Shown here in pieces: positions 36,701 through 50,003 of a stretch of 64,000 bases of DNA (the stretch's first letter is position 1; every line of letters starts with the position of its first letter). The position numbers were made by a program, and so were the translations under genes. Where the stretch lies: positions 6,571,489 to 6,635,488 of the forward strand of contig CM121342.1 of NCBI GenBank assembly GCA_051530055.1. Reading direction: 5' to 3'. Under the pieces are notes generated by a model. The model was given only the letters and a program-made list of their open reading frames with translations, did no database searches and was not told the origin of the DNA. The DNA comes from Neoechinorhynchus agilis. Its lineage: Eukaryota; Animalia; Acanthocephala.

Positions 36701-37472
36701 CAGGTAAAAATTATGTTAGAAGAGAAAAAAATCAAATTCTTATTAGAAATGGACAAGGATCGACTGTATGAGAATTTATTATCTATTGCAAAAAGATTGG
36801 TTTACTTGAACAACACTGTTCCACGAGATCTTCAATACACTGATTCAATCATGAACTCAATGATAACAGCGGTATATCCAACAATATCAATTTCAACGGA
36901 TAAAATGCTTTCAAAAAGTTTGTATTTCACTTTGGTTTTTTCATATAAAAACACGATCTTTAGATCTTACATGTACAACGGAACTGGATTTGAGTCCAAA
37001 TCGAGAAATGAAAGCAGTTTGTGAGAAGTATATCGCCTGGGATATTTGGACCGATCGCAGTAATGAAAACAAACAACTCGATAAATATTTCGAACTTAGA
37101 CCAACCTATCATTGCACCTTCGATCCAATCGAATTCAATATTCTCTTGTGTATAAGCGCTTATACTCCTTGTAATAACAATGGACGGCAATTGGAGATCT
37201 GTCAGGATACTTGTAATAGTAAGTGTCCTAATTCTTTTAAGTTGTAAGCAAAGTATTTTAGGTATTTTAAGGAACTGTTTCCCATTGACTTCAGTGTTTA
37301 AATGCCAAAAAAAACCAACCAATTCATGCGTTCCAATTGAAGGTGATGAAAAAATAAAAAATAATTTATGCTAACGTTCTTTTTAGACGTCAATAAATAT
37401 CGAAGTCGATATATGAGAAAAAATCCACCTGCAGTTAATATGGAAATTAGCGTCAATCTACCAGCAGTTTAA
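33771..37472 (+). CDS. Secreted protein with two Frizzled-like cysteine-rich domains, 8 exons, 391 aa, no TM segment
   Basis: Exons 33771-33837, 33887-34144, 36399-36479, 36527-36703, 36747-36917, 36964-37218, 37262-37342 and 37387-37472 sum to 1176 nt with an open frame. Each CRD has a 10-Cys pattern (LCSLIYPSC..PCKSTC..C..CHLLP..C and LCISAYTPC..ICQDTC..C..CQKKP..C). Confidence 0.8.
34398..36070. repeat. 173-bp intronic satellite, about 9.7 copies
   Basis: ggatataaaatattttattgaaatatttctcgagg at about 34403, 34573, 34746, 34919 and onward. Confidence 0.97.
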
Positions 37473-37710
37473 TTTTCTTTAATTTTGCTACTAAACTCTG
37501 AAAACATTGTCGTGAGTGCTATCAATAACAAAAAAAATAGACCCGCATCATTTTCTATTTAACGTTTTGTACTACTAAATTTCCGCTTTTATAAATAGTG
37601 TAAAAAAGGTTATTTTGTTCATTCCACACAATCAACCGATTTCCACCCATAAAAATGTTAAAAAATATTGTATTCTTCAATCAATTTTCTTTCCATTTAG
37701 TATCCAATTA

Positions 37711-38905
37711 TTTTTTGCATCTTCATTCAATGACAAATCGCTTTCTTCATCTTAGCTGACCGTAATCTTTTCTCGATATTTCACAATCAATAACCAAGTG
37801 ATTTCATCAAAATCTTTGATAGAAATATTCTTTAAACGAACAATCGCAAACCCGTTTGTATTGAAGAGTTTTGCTTATGAATTATCTTGATTTCTTTATA
37901 AACTATTTTACAGAAAGTCGACAGCGAAAACGATACAATTTTATCGCCGTAATTTAGTCTCTGTACAAATCGTATTTTAATCGAATTGAAATTTTAATCC
38001 AATTTTATAAAGACATATTTTTTGCATCTTCATTCAATGACAAATCGCTTTCTTCATCTTAGCTGACCGTAATCTTTTCTCGATATTTCACAATCAATAA
38101 CTAAGTGATTTCATCAAAATCTTTGATAGAAATATTCTTTAAACGAACAATCGCAAACCCGTTTGTATTGAAGAGTTTTGCTTATGAATTATCTTGATTT
38201 CTTTATAAACTATTTTACAGAAAGTCGACAGCGAAAACGATACAATTTTATCGCCGTAATTTAGTCTCTGTACAAATCGTATTTTAATCGAATTGAAATT
38301 TTAATCCAATTTTATAAAGACATATTTTTTGCATCTTCATTCAATGACAAATCGCTTTCTTCATCTTAGCTGACCGTAATCTTTTCTCGATATTTCACAA
38401 TCAATAACCAAGTGATTTCATCAAAATCTTTGATAGAAATATTCTTTAAACGAACAATCGCAAACCCGTTTGTATTGAAGAGTTTTGCTTATGAATTATC
38501 TTGATTTCTTTATAAACTATTTTACAGAAAGTCGACAGCGAAAACGATACAATTTTATCGCCGTAATTTAGTCTCTGTACAAATCGTATTTTAATCGAAT
38601 TGAAATTTTAATCCAATTTTATAAAGACATATTTTTTGCATCTTCATTCAATGACAAATCGCTTTCTTCATCTTAGCTGACCGTAATCTTTTCTCGATAT
38701 TTCACAATCAATAACCAAGTGATTTCATCAAAATCTTTGATAGAAATATTCTTTAAACGAACAATCGCAAACCCGTTTGTATTGAAGAGTTTTGCTTATG
38801 AATTATCTTGATTTCTTTATAAACTATTTTACAGAAAGTCGACAGCGAAAACGATACAATTTTATCGCCGTAATTTAGTCTCTTTACAAAATTTTATAAA
38901 GACAT
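37711..38905. repeat. 307-bp tandem repeat, about 3.9 copies
   Basis: gcatcttcattcaatgac at 37717, 38024, 38331 and 38638, near identical. Confidence 0.96.
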
Positions 38906-39089
38906 CTTAATTTTAGTTTATTGCGTTTCTTTTTTTGTTCTGAGTTTATTGCGTGTTGATCCGCTATAAACCATTGAAAATTTAAACGATCAAAGTTAGA
39001 GAGTTTACTTTTTTTACGAAATTGAAGCGAGAAGTAGTCTTGGTAACTCGAGTACTATAAAAATCCCCTCATCTTTTAGTCATGCCCCA

Positions 39090-39805
39090 ATGCCCGGCTC
39101 TATAAAGTTATCAATACTTGCATTTTTAGTAGGTTTTAGGTTCAAAAAAGTTTTGCTATTTTTCTCTTATAGGCCTTATTGTTTATTTTTTGGGGAACGA
39201 TTCCATTAGAAGCAGGATGTGTAAAGCATCTCATTAGATTCAACAGAAATCGTGTGATGCAGATAGAAAATCATGAATTTATGAGCGAACTTATTAGATC
39301 TTTTCAAACATTATACAGACGAATGCCAACTCAACCAAAAGGGAAGATTAGCAATGATACTTGTAAAAAATATTATATACGAAGAAAAATCGAAGCTGAC
39401 TTCTATTCGGGTATTATTACACCCTTAAGAGAGTTTTTAAAGAAGTTAAAGAAATCCAAAAAGCTATCACTTTTCGATGCAATCTATCAATTTCCAGACT
39501 ATATGAAAAATAGCGATTGCGACGGAGTAAAGGCTGAGGCGGATAGATTTGGAAAAAGTGTAATTCCAGCACGCCGGAAAGCGTTAGAATACGTAAGTGG
39601 AGTGTTGGAGAAACTTCATCGTGAAAAGTTGGACCAAATGGCACAAAAAGAAATACCAATTTTGAAAGCTCCTTATTGTGCTGCTCATATAAGACATTAT
39701 CTATTTGGAAAAGATCATCGCCATGAAATGCATAAGATTGTTCGATATATCTATAAGGAAATTGCTCCTTTATTCCGTGTCGCCTTAAATGGCACTCTTT
39801 ATTAG
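39090..39805 (+). CDS. Orphan secreted basic protein, about 223 aa, 2 exons (44-nt intron 39129..39172)
   Basis: MPGSIKLSILAFL|ALLFIFWGTIPLEA forms a signal peptide across a canonical GT-AG intron, followed by an open frame to 39805. No family recognised. Confidence 0.65.
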
Positions 39806-39877
39806 CAACTGATCAAAATACGTTATTCTTTTCTTAGTTTGTGATCGAAAATAGGGGATGTCCGCAATCCTCGACCG

Positions 39878-41470
39878 TCTCGGATTCGTTTGGATTGTTG
39901 CCGACGAGATCCGGTCCCCTAATCCCAGATCTCGGCCCCATGGCAAAACTGGAAGTTCGAAAGATGGTGGAGATTGACGGTTGCGGTGGTCCCAATCTCG
40001 GTGGATTCTGGATCACCGTTGAGGACTACCACCAAAGTTCCCCTTTTTTCGCTTACTAAAGTTCAGGGCGTAAGGAATCTCGAAATCCCAACTGGCATGT
40101 TAGCTATTTTAGAGTTTTCCACAACGGGAAAGTCTATTTAAATCGCTGACATTGACCGCCTCGGATTCGTCTGGATGAGGACCCCTTCGAGTGTTACCGA
40201 CGAGATTCGGTCCCCTAATCTCAGATCTCGGCCCCGTGGCAAAACTGGAAGTTCGAAAGATGGTGGAGATTGACGGTTGCGGTGGTCCCAATCTCGGTGG
40301 ATTCTGGATCACCGTTGAGGACTACCACCAAAGTTCCCCTTTTTTCGCTTACTAAAGTTCAGGGCGTAAGGAATCTCGAAATCCCAACTGGCATGTTAGC
40401 TATTTTAGAGTTTTCCACAACGGGAAAGTCTATTTAAATCGCTGACATTGACCGCCTCGGATTCGTCTGGATGAGGACCCCTTCGAGTGTTACCGACGAG
40501 ATTCGGTCCCCTAATCTCAGATCTCGGCCCCATGGCAAAACTGGAAGTTCGAAAGATGGTGGAGATTGACGGTTGCGGTGGTCCCAATCTCGGTGGATTC
40601 TGGATCACCGTTGAGGACTACCACCAAAGTTCCCCTTTTTTCGCTTACTAAAGTTCAGGGCGTAAGGAATCTCGAAATCCCAACTGGCATGTTAGCTATT
40701 TTAGAGTTTTCCACAACGGGAAAGTCTATTTAAATCGCTGACATTGACCGCCTCGGATTCGTCTGGATGAGGACCCCTTCGAGTGTTACCGACGAGATTC
40801 GGTCGCCTAATCTCAGATCTCGGCCCCGTGGCAAAACTGGAAGTTCGAAAGATGGTGGAGATTGACGGTTGCGGTGGTCCCAATCTCGGTGGATTCTGGA
40901 TCACCGTTGAGGACTACCACCAAAGTTCCCCTTTTTTCGCTTACTAAAGTTCAGGGCGTAAGGAATCTCCAAATCCCAACTGGCATGTTAGCTATTTTAG
41001 AGTTTTCCACAACGGGAAAGTCTATTTAAATCGCTGACATTGACCGCCTCGGATTCGTCTGGATGAGGACCCCTTCGAGTGTTACCGACGAGATTCGGTC
41101 GCCTAATCTCAGATCTCGGCCCCGTGGCAAAACTGGAAGTTCGAAAGATGGTGGAGATTGACGGTTGCGGTGGTCCCAATCTCGGTGGATTCTGGATCAA
41201 CGTTGAGGACTACCACCAAAGTTCCCCTTTTTTCGCTTACTAAAGTTCAGGGCGTAAGGAATCTCGAAATCCCAACTGGCATGTTAGCTATTTTAGAGTT
41301 TTCCACAACGGGAAAGTCTATTTAAATCGCTGACATTGACCGCCTCGGATTCGTCTGGATGAGGACCCCTTCGAGTGTTACCGACGAGATCCTGTCCCCT
41401 AATTCCATGATCTCGGCCCCATGGCAAAACTGGAAGTTCGAAAGATGGTGGAGATTGACGGTTGCGGTTG
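39878..41470. repeat. GC-rich 296-bp tandem repeat, about 5.4 copies
   Basis: The T6 run after ccaccaaagttcccc recurs at about 40044, 40340, 40636, 40932 and 41228. Confidence 0.97.
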
Positions 41471-41922
41471 ATTCCTCACAGATCTGTCCGGTGAGGGCTT
41501 AAGGAATTTCTAACTTCAATTCGAGTCATTCGGTTTCCTGAAAGGGTATTTTAATGAAAGATTAGAGATCATTTTTTTACAACAGGTGAGACATCAGTAG
41601 ACTTCAAAACTGATCCGATTAAACTCGTGACCAATTGAACGGTTTCTTGTTCGAACTCATGTTATTTTAGTCTTTATTAATAAATTTTCCGGATAATTTT
41701 CATCAAAATAATCTAACTACATTCACAGTTTAGTTTGAAGGCGTAGATTTTCGGCAAAACCCCACGAACCTAATCGATAATATTAATAACAATAAACCTT
41801 ATTTTAAAGATTCTGGTCAAATTATTTACCGTATAATTTCGTGAGAATTAAACTATTTTCTTTAAACAATATACACTCAATACTATTATAAAACCACAAT
41901 CGTGAATTCCGTGTTTGACCGA

Positions 41923-44900
41923 TTAAAACGAGATATCGATTTCGTCTCCAAAATGTTCAAGTGCTTCACACATTTGTTTGTTCTAAAAACATCAGAATCC
42001 TAAATCAACCGAATCTTCTACCGAAATGAAAATGTTTACCTGTAGAAGGGCTTCGATAAATTGCTCCTTCGTCAATTCTCCACTATTTTCCTGATCGAAT
42101 TCCAAAAGAAATCTTCTTCCGATCATTTTTAATTCCTCTTCGGCTATAGCAGGTTCATAAACCTGCTCACCCAACAACTCATACGTTGCTCTGAACAACG
42201 GAATAACCGTTTCCCGGTTGATCGTGAGAGATTCCGTTGACTGGGTATAAAAATCAAATATCCATTCAATCTTTTCCCTTAACGTTCCGCGGAGTATCGT
42301 GGATAGCATTTGTAAAAAGTCACTAAATACAACAGTGCCCTGCTTTTCCTTATTGATAGAATTAAGAATATATGCCGCAAACGCTTGGCTATCTTAAAGA
42401 GCGATCTTGCTTTAATATTAAACTATCTAAAGAAACTTACTTCCATGAGGAAATATTCGTCCAAATAAACCAGAAAGCTGCTCTTTATCGGCGTATCCCT
42501 TAGGAAATTCCTATAATGTTTCAATCAAGAAAATCTTTAACTTATTCTTTCAACAAAACGAACTCTGTACGCGTATTTGAGTGGATTAATTTTTTTTGAA
42601 ATTATTGATCTTTACGAACGACTTTTTTTTCGTCTCATGACTTTCAAATAAGAAAAATAATTTTAAATAAAAAAACGCAAGAGCTTATTTAGAAAGTATT
42701 TGAATTTTTTATGTTATGGAGGAAATTCGATATTTGGTTACATTCAATGACTTTATCAAACGCTAAAGTGTTTTATCCACAAGACATATACGAACGACTT
42801 TTTTTCGTCTCATGACTTTCAAATAAGAAAAATAATTTTAAATAAAAAAGACGCAAGAGCTTATTTAGAAAGTATTTGAATTTTTTATGTTATGGAGGAA
42901 ATTCGATATTTGGTTACATTCAATGACCTTTATCAAGACGCTAAAGTGTTTTATCCACAAGACATAAAGTTTCAAATATCGAATTCAATAAAACAAAAAT
43001 TAAGATATTCTTTTGAAATTCTTTAAATTAGTGATTGATACGAACGACTTTTTTTCGTCTCATGACTTTCAAATAAGAAAAATAATTTTAAATAAAAAAG
43101 ACGCAAGAGCTTATTTAGAAAGTATTTGAATTTTTTATGTTATGGAGGAAATTCGATATTTGGTTACATTCAATGACCTTTATCAAGACTGCTAAAGTGT
43201 TTTATCCACAAGACATAAAGGTTTCCGAAATATCGAATTCAATAAAACAAAAATTAAGATATTCTTTTGAAATTCTTTAAATTAGTGATTGATACGAACG
43301 ACTTTTTTTCGTCTCATGACTTTCAAATAAGAAAAATAATTTTAAATAAAAAAGACGCAAGAGCTTATTTAGAAAGTATTTGAATTTTTTATGTTATGGA
43401 GGAAATTCGATATTTGGTTACATTCAATGACCTTTATCAAGACGGCTAAAGTGTTTTATCCACAAGACATAAGGAGTTTCCGAAATATCGAATTCAATAA
43501 AACAAAAATTAAGATATTCTTTTGAAATTCTTTAAATTAGTGATTGATACGAACGACTTTTTTTCGTCTCATGACTTTCAAATAAGAAAAATAATTTTAA
43601 ATAAAAAAAGACGCAAGAGCTTATTTAGAAAGTATTTGAATTTTTTATGTTATGGAGGAAATTCGATATTTGGTTACATTCAATGACCTTTATCAAGACT
43701 GCTAAAGTGTTTTATCCACAAGACATAAAGGAGTTTCCGAAATATCGAATTCAATAAAACAAAAATTAAGATATTCTTTTGAAATTCTTTAAATGACTTT
43801 TACTATACACTTTCATATATATTTAATGGTACGTTGGCGAAAGGCAAGGAAAACCTTGTGATTATTTTGGACGGTCTTGTAGCGAGGAAAAAGAAATAAA
43901 TGCTTTCAAAAAAATTAAAATCTTGTTAATGGCAAGGACACTAAAGTTTCTATTGTTTCTTTAATTTGGCGACTTTTTGTAGTCGCCGAATATTGAGATG
44001 GTTGGCATATTTTGCATTCTTTGCTTTCAGAAACTAAGGAAAACCTTGTGAAATATTTCTCAAAAATAAATGAGTATCTATAGCACCGGGGACCCCATCT
44101 TAAAACTTCTTCAAAAGCAAGCTTCTAAAGGCCATCGAAATAACTCTGAAAGCTTTCTTCGTTTACAAATAGCTTTAACTTCGTTGTGGGATCATCACTA
44201 TTTAAAAGCTTTCTCTCTGTATATTTTGCGAGGTTAAAAGTTTCAAACCCGTTTTTCGCATCTTTTTTAAAGCTTAAACAAACCGAAATGTTGCCCTGCA
44301 ACATGATTTTAACATAAATTTCTGTCTTAGATTTTAGGACAGTGAGGGAAAATGTTATCGGTCTTTGATTTTACGACAAAAAACTGTTTCTAATAATCGA
44401 CGGTTGAGAAAACCTCATCAACAAGTATTTCTATCTGTACTCCAAAAACGGGGACAGGATTCGCCAACGTACAATCAAATTAACCCTGAGGACAATTATA
44501 TATTCAGTGATTATTCCTTCGAATTTATAAACTTTTTGTTCTTATTATAAGATTTCAATTTTGATAAGTCTACTTTTTTCATTTTCCGGACGCAATTTTT
44601 GTACCAACTCGCAAAACCAACAACAAAAACGTTTAAAGATTGAACTGTTTTTTAGTAGATAAGATTAATATACAAAGTTGACGGAAACCGATCGGATTTA
44701 ACCAAAATTCTTTTAATTTTTCACCGGTATAAACAAAGCTCTTAGATCAAATGAGTTGAATCCGGTTAAAAATCACGTATTTTGGCGCAAACTTTCCGGT
44801 TCCATTAAACAACTAAAAGCATTGCCAGTAGCGTTTTGTTTCATTAAACGACGTAAATCAAGATTTGCGATTGTGTGACTTTCAAAAAAAAGGGGCCAAC

Positions 44901-45293
44901 ATACTTGTTTAAAGTCTCTATACAGTCTTTTTATCTCTTGTTTGGTGAACTTTGTAGTCTCCACAAGTTCTCCAAGCTGACAAACTCTTCGTCTGTCCAT
45001 ATCATCGCTCAAAAGTTGGCATTCATTTTCATTCTTTGGTGAAATCAGGGAATGATTTGAATATAAAGACTCACTCGTCCTTGTGGATGGAGCATTTTCA
45101 CGGCCATTGCGAATCCAGTGCCGACCAAATGTGAAATTCGGCTAGCTGATGCATGAGACAATGTTGGTGAAGCTCGATTTAAAGGCTGTTGTAGTGTTTT
45201 GGATAAATCTAAACGTTCGTTATTCCATTACAAAGACCGTATAATAACCAATTAATCCATACGAGCACTCATCCTCAAACGAGATTTAGGCAT
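41923..45293 (-). CDS. KCNIP: Kv-channel-interacting protein (KChIP/calsenilin)-like neuronal calcium sensor, multi-exon
   Basis: LVETTKFTKQEIKRLYRDFKQ|EFPKGYADKEQLSGLFGRIFPHG and LSTILRGTLREKIEWIFDFY. Short GT-AG introns of about 41-61 nt plus one 2.4-kb intron at about 42511-44915. Confidence 0.85.
42612..43795. repeat. About 254-bp intronic satellite, about 4.5 copies
   Basis: acgaacgacttttttt at about 42615, 42790, 43040, 43294 and 43549. Confidence 0.95.
44092..44180 (+). mobile_element. Short fragment of the same LINE family as 1..1255, opposite orientation, inside the KChIP intron
   Basis: cccatcttaaaacttcttcaaaagcaagcttctaaaggccatcgaaataactct...cgtttacaaatagctttaact is the near reverse complement of about 50-140. 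Confidence 0.85.
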
Positions 45294-46019
45294 TTCCTTC
45301 AGGGACAGAGACGTTTTGTTATTCAGCCAACAAACAAATTTTCCTAGTTAGTGAAAGACTACACTTGCAAATGCTTTGACACATTCTAATTGGAACACTG
45401 AAGGAACGAAATTTAATTTGCTTTCAATTCAAATCGGAAAAGGCACATTTCAAAATGACATGAAAAAACTTTGTACCTTCGTCTGAAATTCGTTTTTTCT
45501 CCACAGTTCGACGATACATCTTGTAGATGTGCATAAATATATCTAAAAACATTATTAAATATTTTCGTGACCTAAATCGAAATATAGTTTTTTTATTCGC
45601 ACACACAAAGTACAAAAATCGTCTGTTGATTTTATACTTAAAAGTGAGCATTATTCTTTTCTAGGACATAAACCACCGAAATGGCATGTTTTTTTCGGGT
45701 GAGGAATAAGACATTAGTTTTTTGGCACTATAACAAAATGTCAAAGAGCACGAAAAACGATTTGTACCAACAAAAAGATTTATCTCTGGAGAATAGATGT
45801 AACAAACGAAATTTATAGAGCTTCATTCACCTTTTTTTTGCATTTAAAAGATTTCATTCTGAAATGAGTGTTTTGAAATAAAAATCATACCAGTTCTCTT
45901 CTTTTTTTCTATTTGAAAGATTAAAGAACTGGAATGCTGGGACAAATCGCTCGGTTTTTAATTATAACGATAAACCCAAAATATCTGATAAAATATGGGA
46001 AAAACCGGCAATAGTCTAA

Positions 46020-46415
46020 AGAAGGCCTACGCTAAGGCCGAAAATTCACAACACAAAATCGAATTTCTAGTTCTTATTTTCTTCACCGTTCCAAAAAAAC
46101 ATTGGATTTGCGACTGATACATTTTAGATAGTCTGAAGACGGCCTCCGAAAATTCACAACACAAAATCGAATTTCTCAGTTCTTATTTTCTTCACCGTTC
46201 CAAAAAAACATTGGATTTGCGACTGATACATTTTAGATAGTCTGAAGAAGGCCTCCGAAAATTCACAACACAAAATCGAATTTCTCAGTTCTTATTTTCT
46301 TCACCGTTCCAAAAAAACATTGGATTTGCGACTGATTCATTTTAGATAGTCTGAAGAAGGCCTCCGAAAATTCACAACACAAAATCGAATTTCTCAGTTC
46401 TTATTTTCTTCACCA
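46020..46415. repeat. About 109-bp tandem repeat, about 3.5 copies
   Basis: ccgaaaattcacaacacaaaatcg at about 46038, 46146, 46255 and 46364. Confidence 0.93.
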
Positions 46416-46974
46416 TATTCAACAAACTATTAAAAATCTATGGATCCACATAATGATCACAATAGGACTATATAAAACAATTATGCTTTGCGTCTTTTCT
46501 TCGTCTTAAACGAGCATTGAGTAGGCAAAAACACTATAGTCTCGATGAACGAAGCAAAAGAACTTTACAAAGTCATCAAGGTTCAAGAACAGCATAATTG
46601 CTTTTATATTTCGTTGTGAAAACAATGCAAATACGGGAACTTGGTTGCTCTCATTTTCAACAATCGAGGTTTACACGACCTAAATTGAGAAAAGTTTCAT
46701 TTGGGAAACGAACATCAAAATTGGAAAGTTTAATAGGTTTTCGAAGCACTTTATAAATCTCATCATGAAAGAGCCTGCCTAAAATCTCTTATAAATCAAA
46801 TTTAAGCGTAGAGTTTGTTGCCTTCGCACTACTTTCCAAAGTACTCAAAAGTGGAAACAACCAAGTCTCAGCCATTAGACGAATATACCAAAACGCACAT
46901 CAATCTCCGAGTTATGTAGACGTTCTTTAGGCCATTAATCACCATGCTTTCTGATAAGTGGAAGATTATTTTAT

Positions 46975-48195
46975 CTAGAAACCCTCAAAAAATTGTCGAT
47001 ATCAATCGGATTTTTGCTCGCTGATTGGTCTAAAAATTGAAATCGTTGTTTTCTGACATAGAAAAATGATTTGCAAAATTCGATTGATTTCGAATAAACA
47101 CAATCTCGTGATTTCTATTAAAGTGTTTTTGATTCGTTCATCGGATTTTAAAATAAAATAACCAAACAAAATAACCAAACTAAAATTGAACCCCGTTCAA
47201 TTCCTTCCTCAGTCATTGTTTCAGAGGCAACTAAAAATTTGATTCTCTTCATGATAACAAAAAAAACAAACAAAAACAACAAAACACATCATTTTTAGAT
47301 TTTTGCTCGCTGATTGGTCTAAAAATTGAAATCGTTGTTTTCTGACATAGAAAAATGATTTGCAAAATTCGATTGATTTCGAATAAACACAATCTCTGAT
47401 TTCTATTAAAGTGTTTTTGATTCGTTCATCGGATTTTAAAAAAAAAAAATAACCAAACTAAAATTGAACCCCGTTCAATTCGCTTCCTCAGTCATTGTTT
47501 TCAGAGGCAACTAAAAATTTGATTCTCTCTATCGATGATTAACTGCAAAAATAGAGACTAAAGCGAAGTGGCAGATAATTTTATCTGGAAACCCTCAAAA
47601 AATTGTCGATATCAATCGGATTTTTGCTCGCTGATTGGTCTAAAAATTGAAATCGTTGTTTTCTGACATAGAAAAATGATTTGCAAAATTCGATTGATTT
47701 CGAATAAACACAATCTCGTGATTTCTATTAAAGTGTTTTTGATTCGTTCATCTGATTTTAAAATAAAATCACTTTAATTTTTTTACGCCATAAAATAACC
47801 AAACTAAAATTGAACCCCGTTCAATTCGCTTCCTCAGTCATTGTTTTCAGAGGCAACTAAAAATTTGATTCTCTCTATCGATGATTAACTGCAAAAATAG
47901 AGACTAAAGCGAAGTGGCAGATAATTTTATCTGGAAACCCTCAAAAAATTGTCGATATCAATCGGATTTTTGCTCGCTGATTGGTCTAAAAATTGAAATC
48001 GTTGTTTTCTGACATAGAAAAATGATTTGCAAAATTCGATTGATTTCGAATAAACACAATCTCGTGATTTCTATTAAAGTGTTTTTGATTCGTTCATCGG
48101 ATTTTAAAATAAAATAACAAACTAAAATTGAACCCCGTTCAATTCGCTTCCTCAGTCATTGTTTTCGGAGGCAAATAAAAATTCTGATTTTCTCT
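46975..48195. repeat. About 300-347-bp tandem repeat, about 4 copies, with a CCAAT box
   Basis: tttttgctcgctgattggtctaaaaattgaaatcg recurs four times; the last full period is 347 bp (about 47590 to 47937). Confidence 0.93.
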
Positions 48196-48299
48196 GTCAA
48201 TGATTAAAATTAATGTCATTTCGTTGTTGTTGATACAATGAATTCGTAATGAATTCGATGGCATTTTGTTAAAGGTCAAAAATATGCTCTGTGCTTACA

Positions 48300-50003
48300 G
48301 AGTTCCTCCACCCATGCGAAACCAAGATTCTTAGTGTCGTTTGATTGAAAAGACGGAACTGCCACTCATTTGTGTAAAGAGGCGATGAGTACCCATTAAT
48401 TGATTATCTATTATTATAAGCGAGGAAATGGAACCGAATTAGCATTTACGGACTAGTACTTGAAACTCGGTTTCCATATGAGTTTTAAATCGACTAATAC
48501 TTCAATTATCGGTAAATGAAACGGTTTTACATCGTGGAAAATTTTTGAATTCAATTATATTTATCCAGGTTTGGGTTATGTTTTATTAGCCAACCAGAAA
48601 ATAATCACATGGGTAAATAAAATACTACTTTAACCTGAAATCATTGAGATCTCTTTCAATCACTCAGCTGGACTTGGTTGAAGCTCCAGTTTTCGAGAAG
48701 TAATTTAAATGTTATGAATCGATTGAGTTCACTACTTCAAAAGTTATTTGTCGATAGGAGAGATAAATGAAATTAAGAATTTGGTACTCTTCAGCGATTG
48801 TTTGTAAGACTCGAATATTTAATAACATTGAGAAAACACATCCACTCGAAGGAACAATTGGACAGATGGAATACCAAAATATAGTGAAAATATTATTGTT
48901 TAGCGCAACAAAATTATCGACAAACTAAAAATGAATTATCTTTTCCAACATCAAAAGTCTTAGATTTGTTTGAAGAATGAATAGTTCACAATCGATCAAA
49001 AGACGAAAAAAGAGTTGGATTTTTGGGAATAAAATCCATATTTCAGACTTGTCTAATGTCCGGAAATCGTAAACAATCGTTATCTTCACGCAAACACACA
49101 ACGAGGTGAACTTGGTCCATGTAATTCAATATCCTTGTCATAAAATGACAAAAGATAACTAGGCCGTGTCATATTCAGAAACTAATTAAAGTTCTAGTGA
49201 AGTATAAAAGTCGTTTTTCTAAGAAAAGTGGAGCTAGGAATTATTTTGTACCAGACATGAAGATATCGAAATGTGCCATTTTGATGATCCTTGTTGGTAA
49301 GTGAATCCGATTTGAAAGGTCACTCGGTACAATGATATTTACCATAAGTGTTTATATACTCTTAGACGAGTCTATGGGCCATATCAGCATTTCCAATCGA
49401 GATCTCTCGTTTAGAACTTTTAGAAAGTCAATGCTATCGTTGAATCTTTTAGTTACATTCAGTTTTGTAGTTGCTTCAAGCAAATGGACAATGAATCATT
49501 CTTTAATGTCTATACAAAGTAGGTTCGTTAAGAGAAAAGTGGAATATTTATAATAAAAATAGAGTCATTGGATACTCTTCAAAGTAAAGTTTTAAAGGGT
49601 AATTCTCTTACCATCACTAAATTGTTTCTTTTTAATCCATTTTCAGTACAAGCGACTGACGATACATCATCAGGTCTGTGGTATAACTTTTACAAACATT
49701 AAACTAAAAACTCTCATTGCAGCTCCAACAACCTTCTCGACCTCCAATTTAAATTTTACAACTATGATTAACATTAAAAATAACAGTCAAGAAGGCTTGA
49801 AATCAGGTAAGTTTATAAATAGTTCATTTGTGACAGCCGATTTCACGGAATTAAATTCTTTGATATAATTAAATTCAAGACAAATTAAGCCCCAAATTTT
49901 TATGTAAAATCAAGTCTGATCGATAATTTAAATATAGTTGGGAACGAATTATCGAATAATTGATTTTTATTTTGTAGCGTACGTTGAACATCTTTACAAA
50001 TAA
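48300..50003 (+). CDS. Putative multi-exon gene with LRR-like fragments and a Thr-rich segment (model incomplete)
   Basis: Clean exon 49646-49807 (ttttcag...cag|gtaag, open frame), terminal-like exon from about 49978 (AYVEHLYK*), and LRR-like pieces FNLKSLRSLSIT (about 48630) and FPIEISRLELLE (about 49390). Confidence 0.3.

Noticed and set aside
39878-41470. Hammerhead, twister or HDV ribozyme in the 296-bp unit
   Set aside because: No CUGANGA...GAAA core on either strand (ctggatgag and ccgacgag are near misses without GAAA). The GGTCCCAA and ATCTCG similarities lack the required pseudoknot partners.
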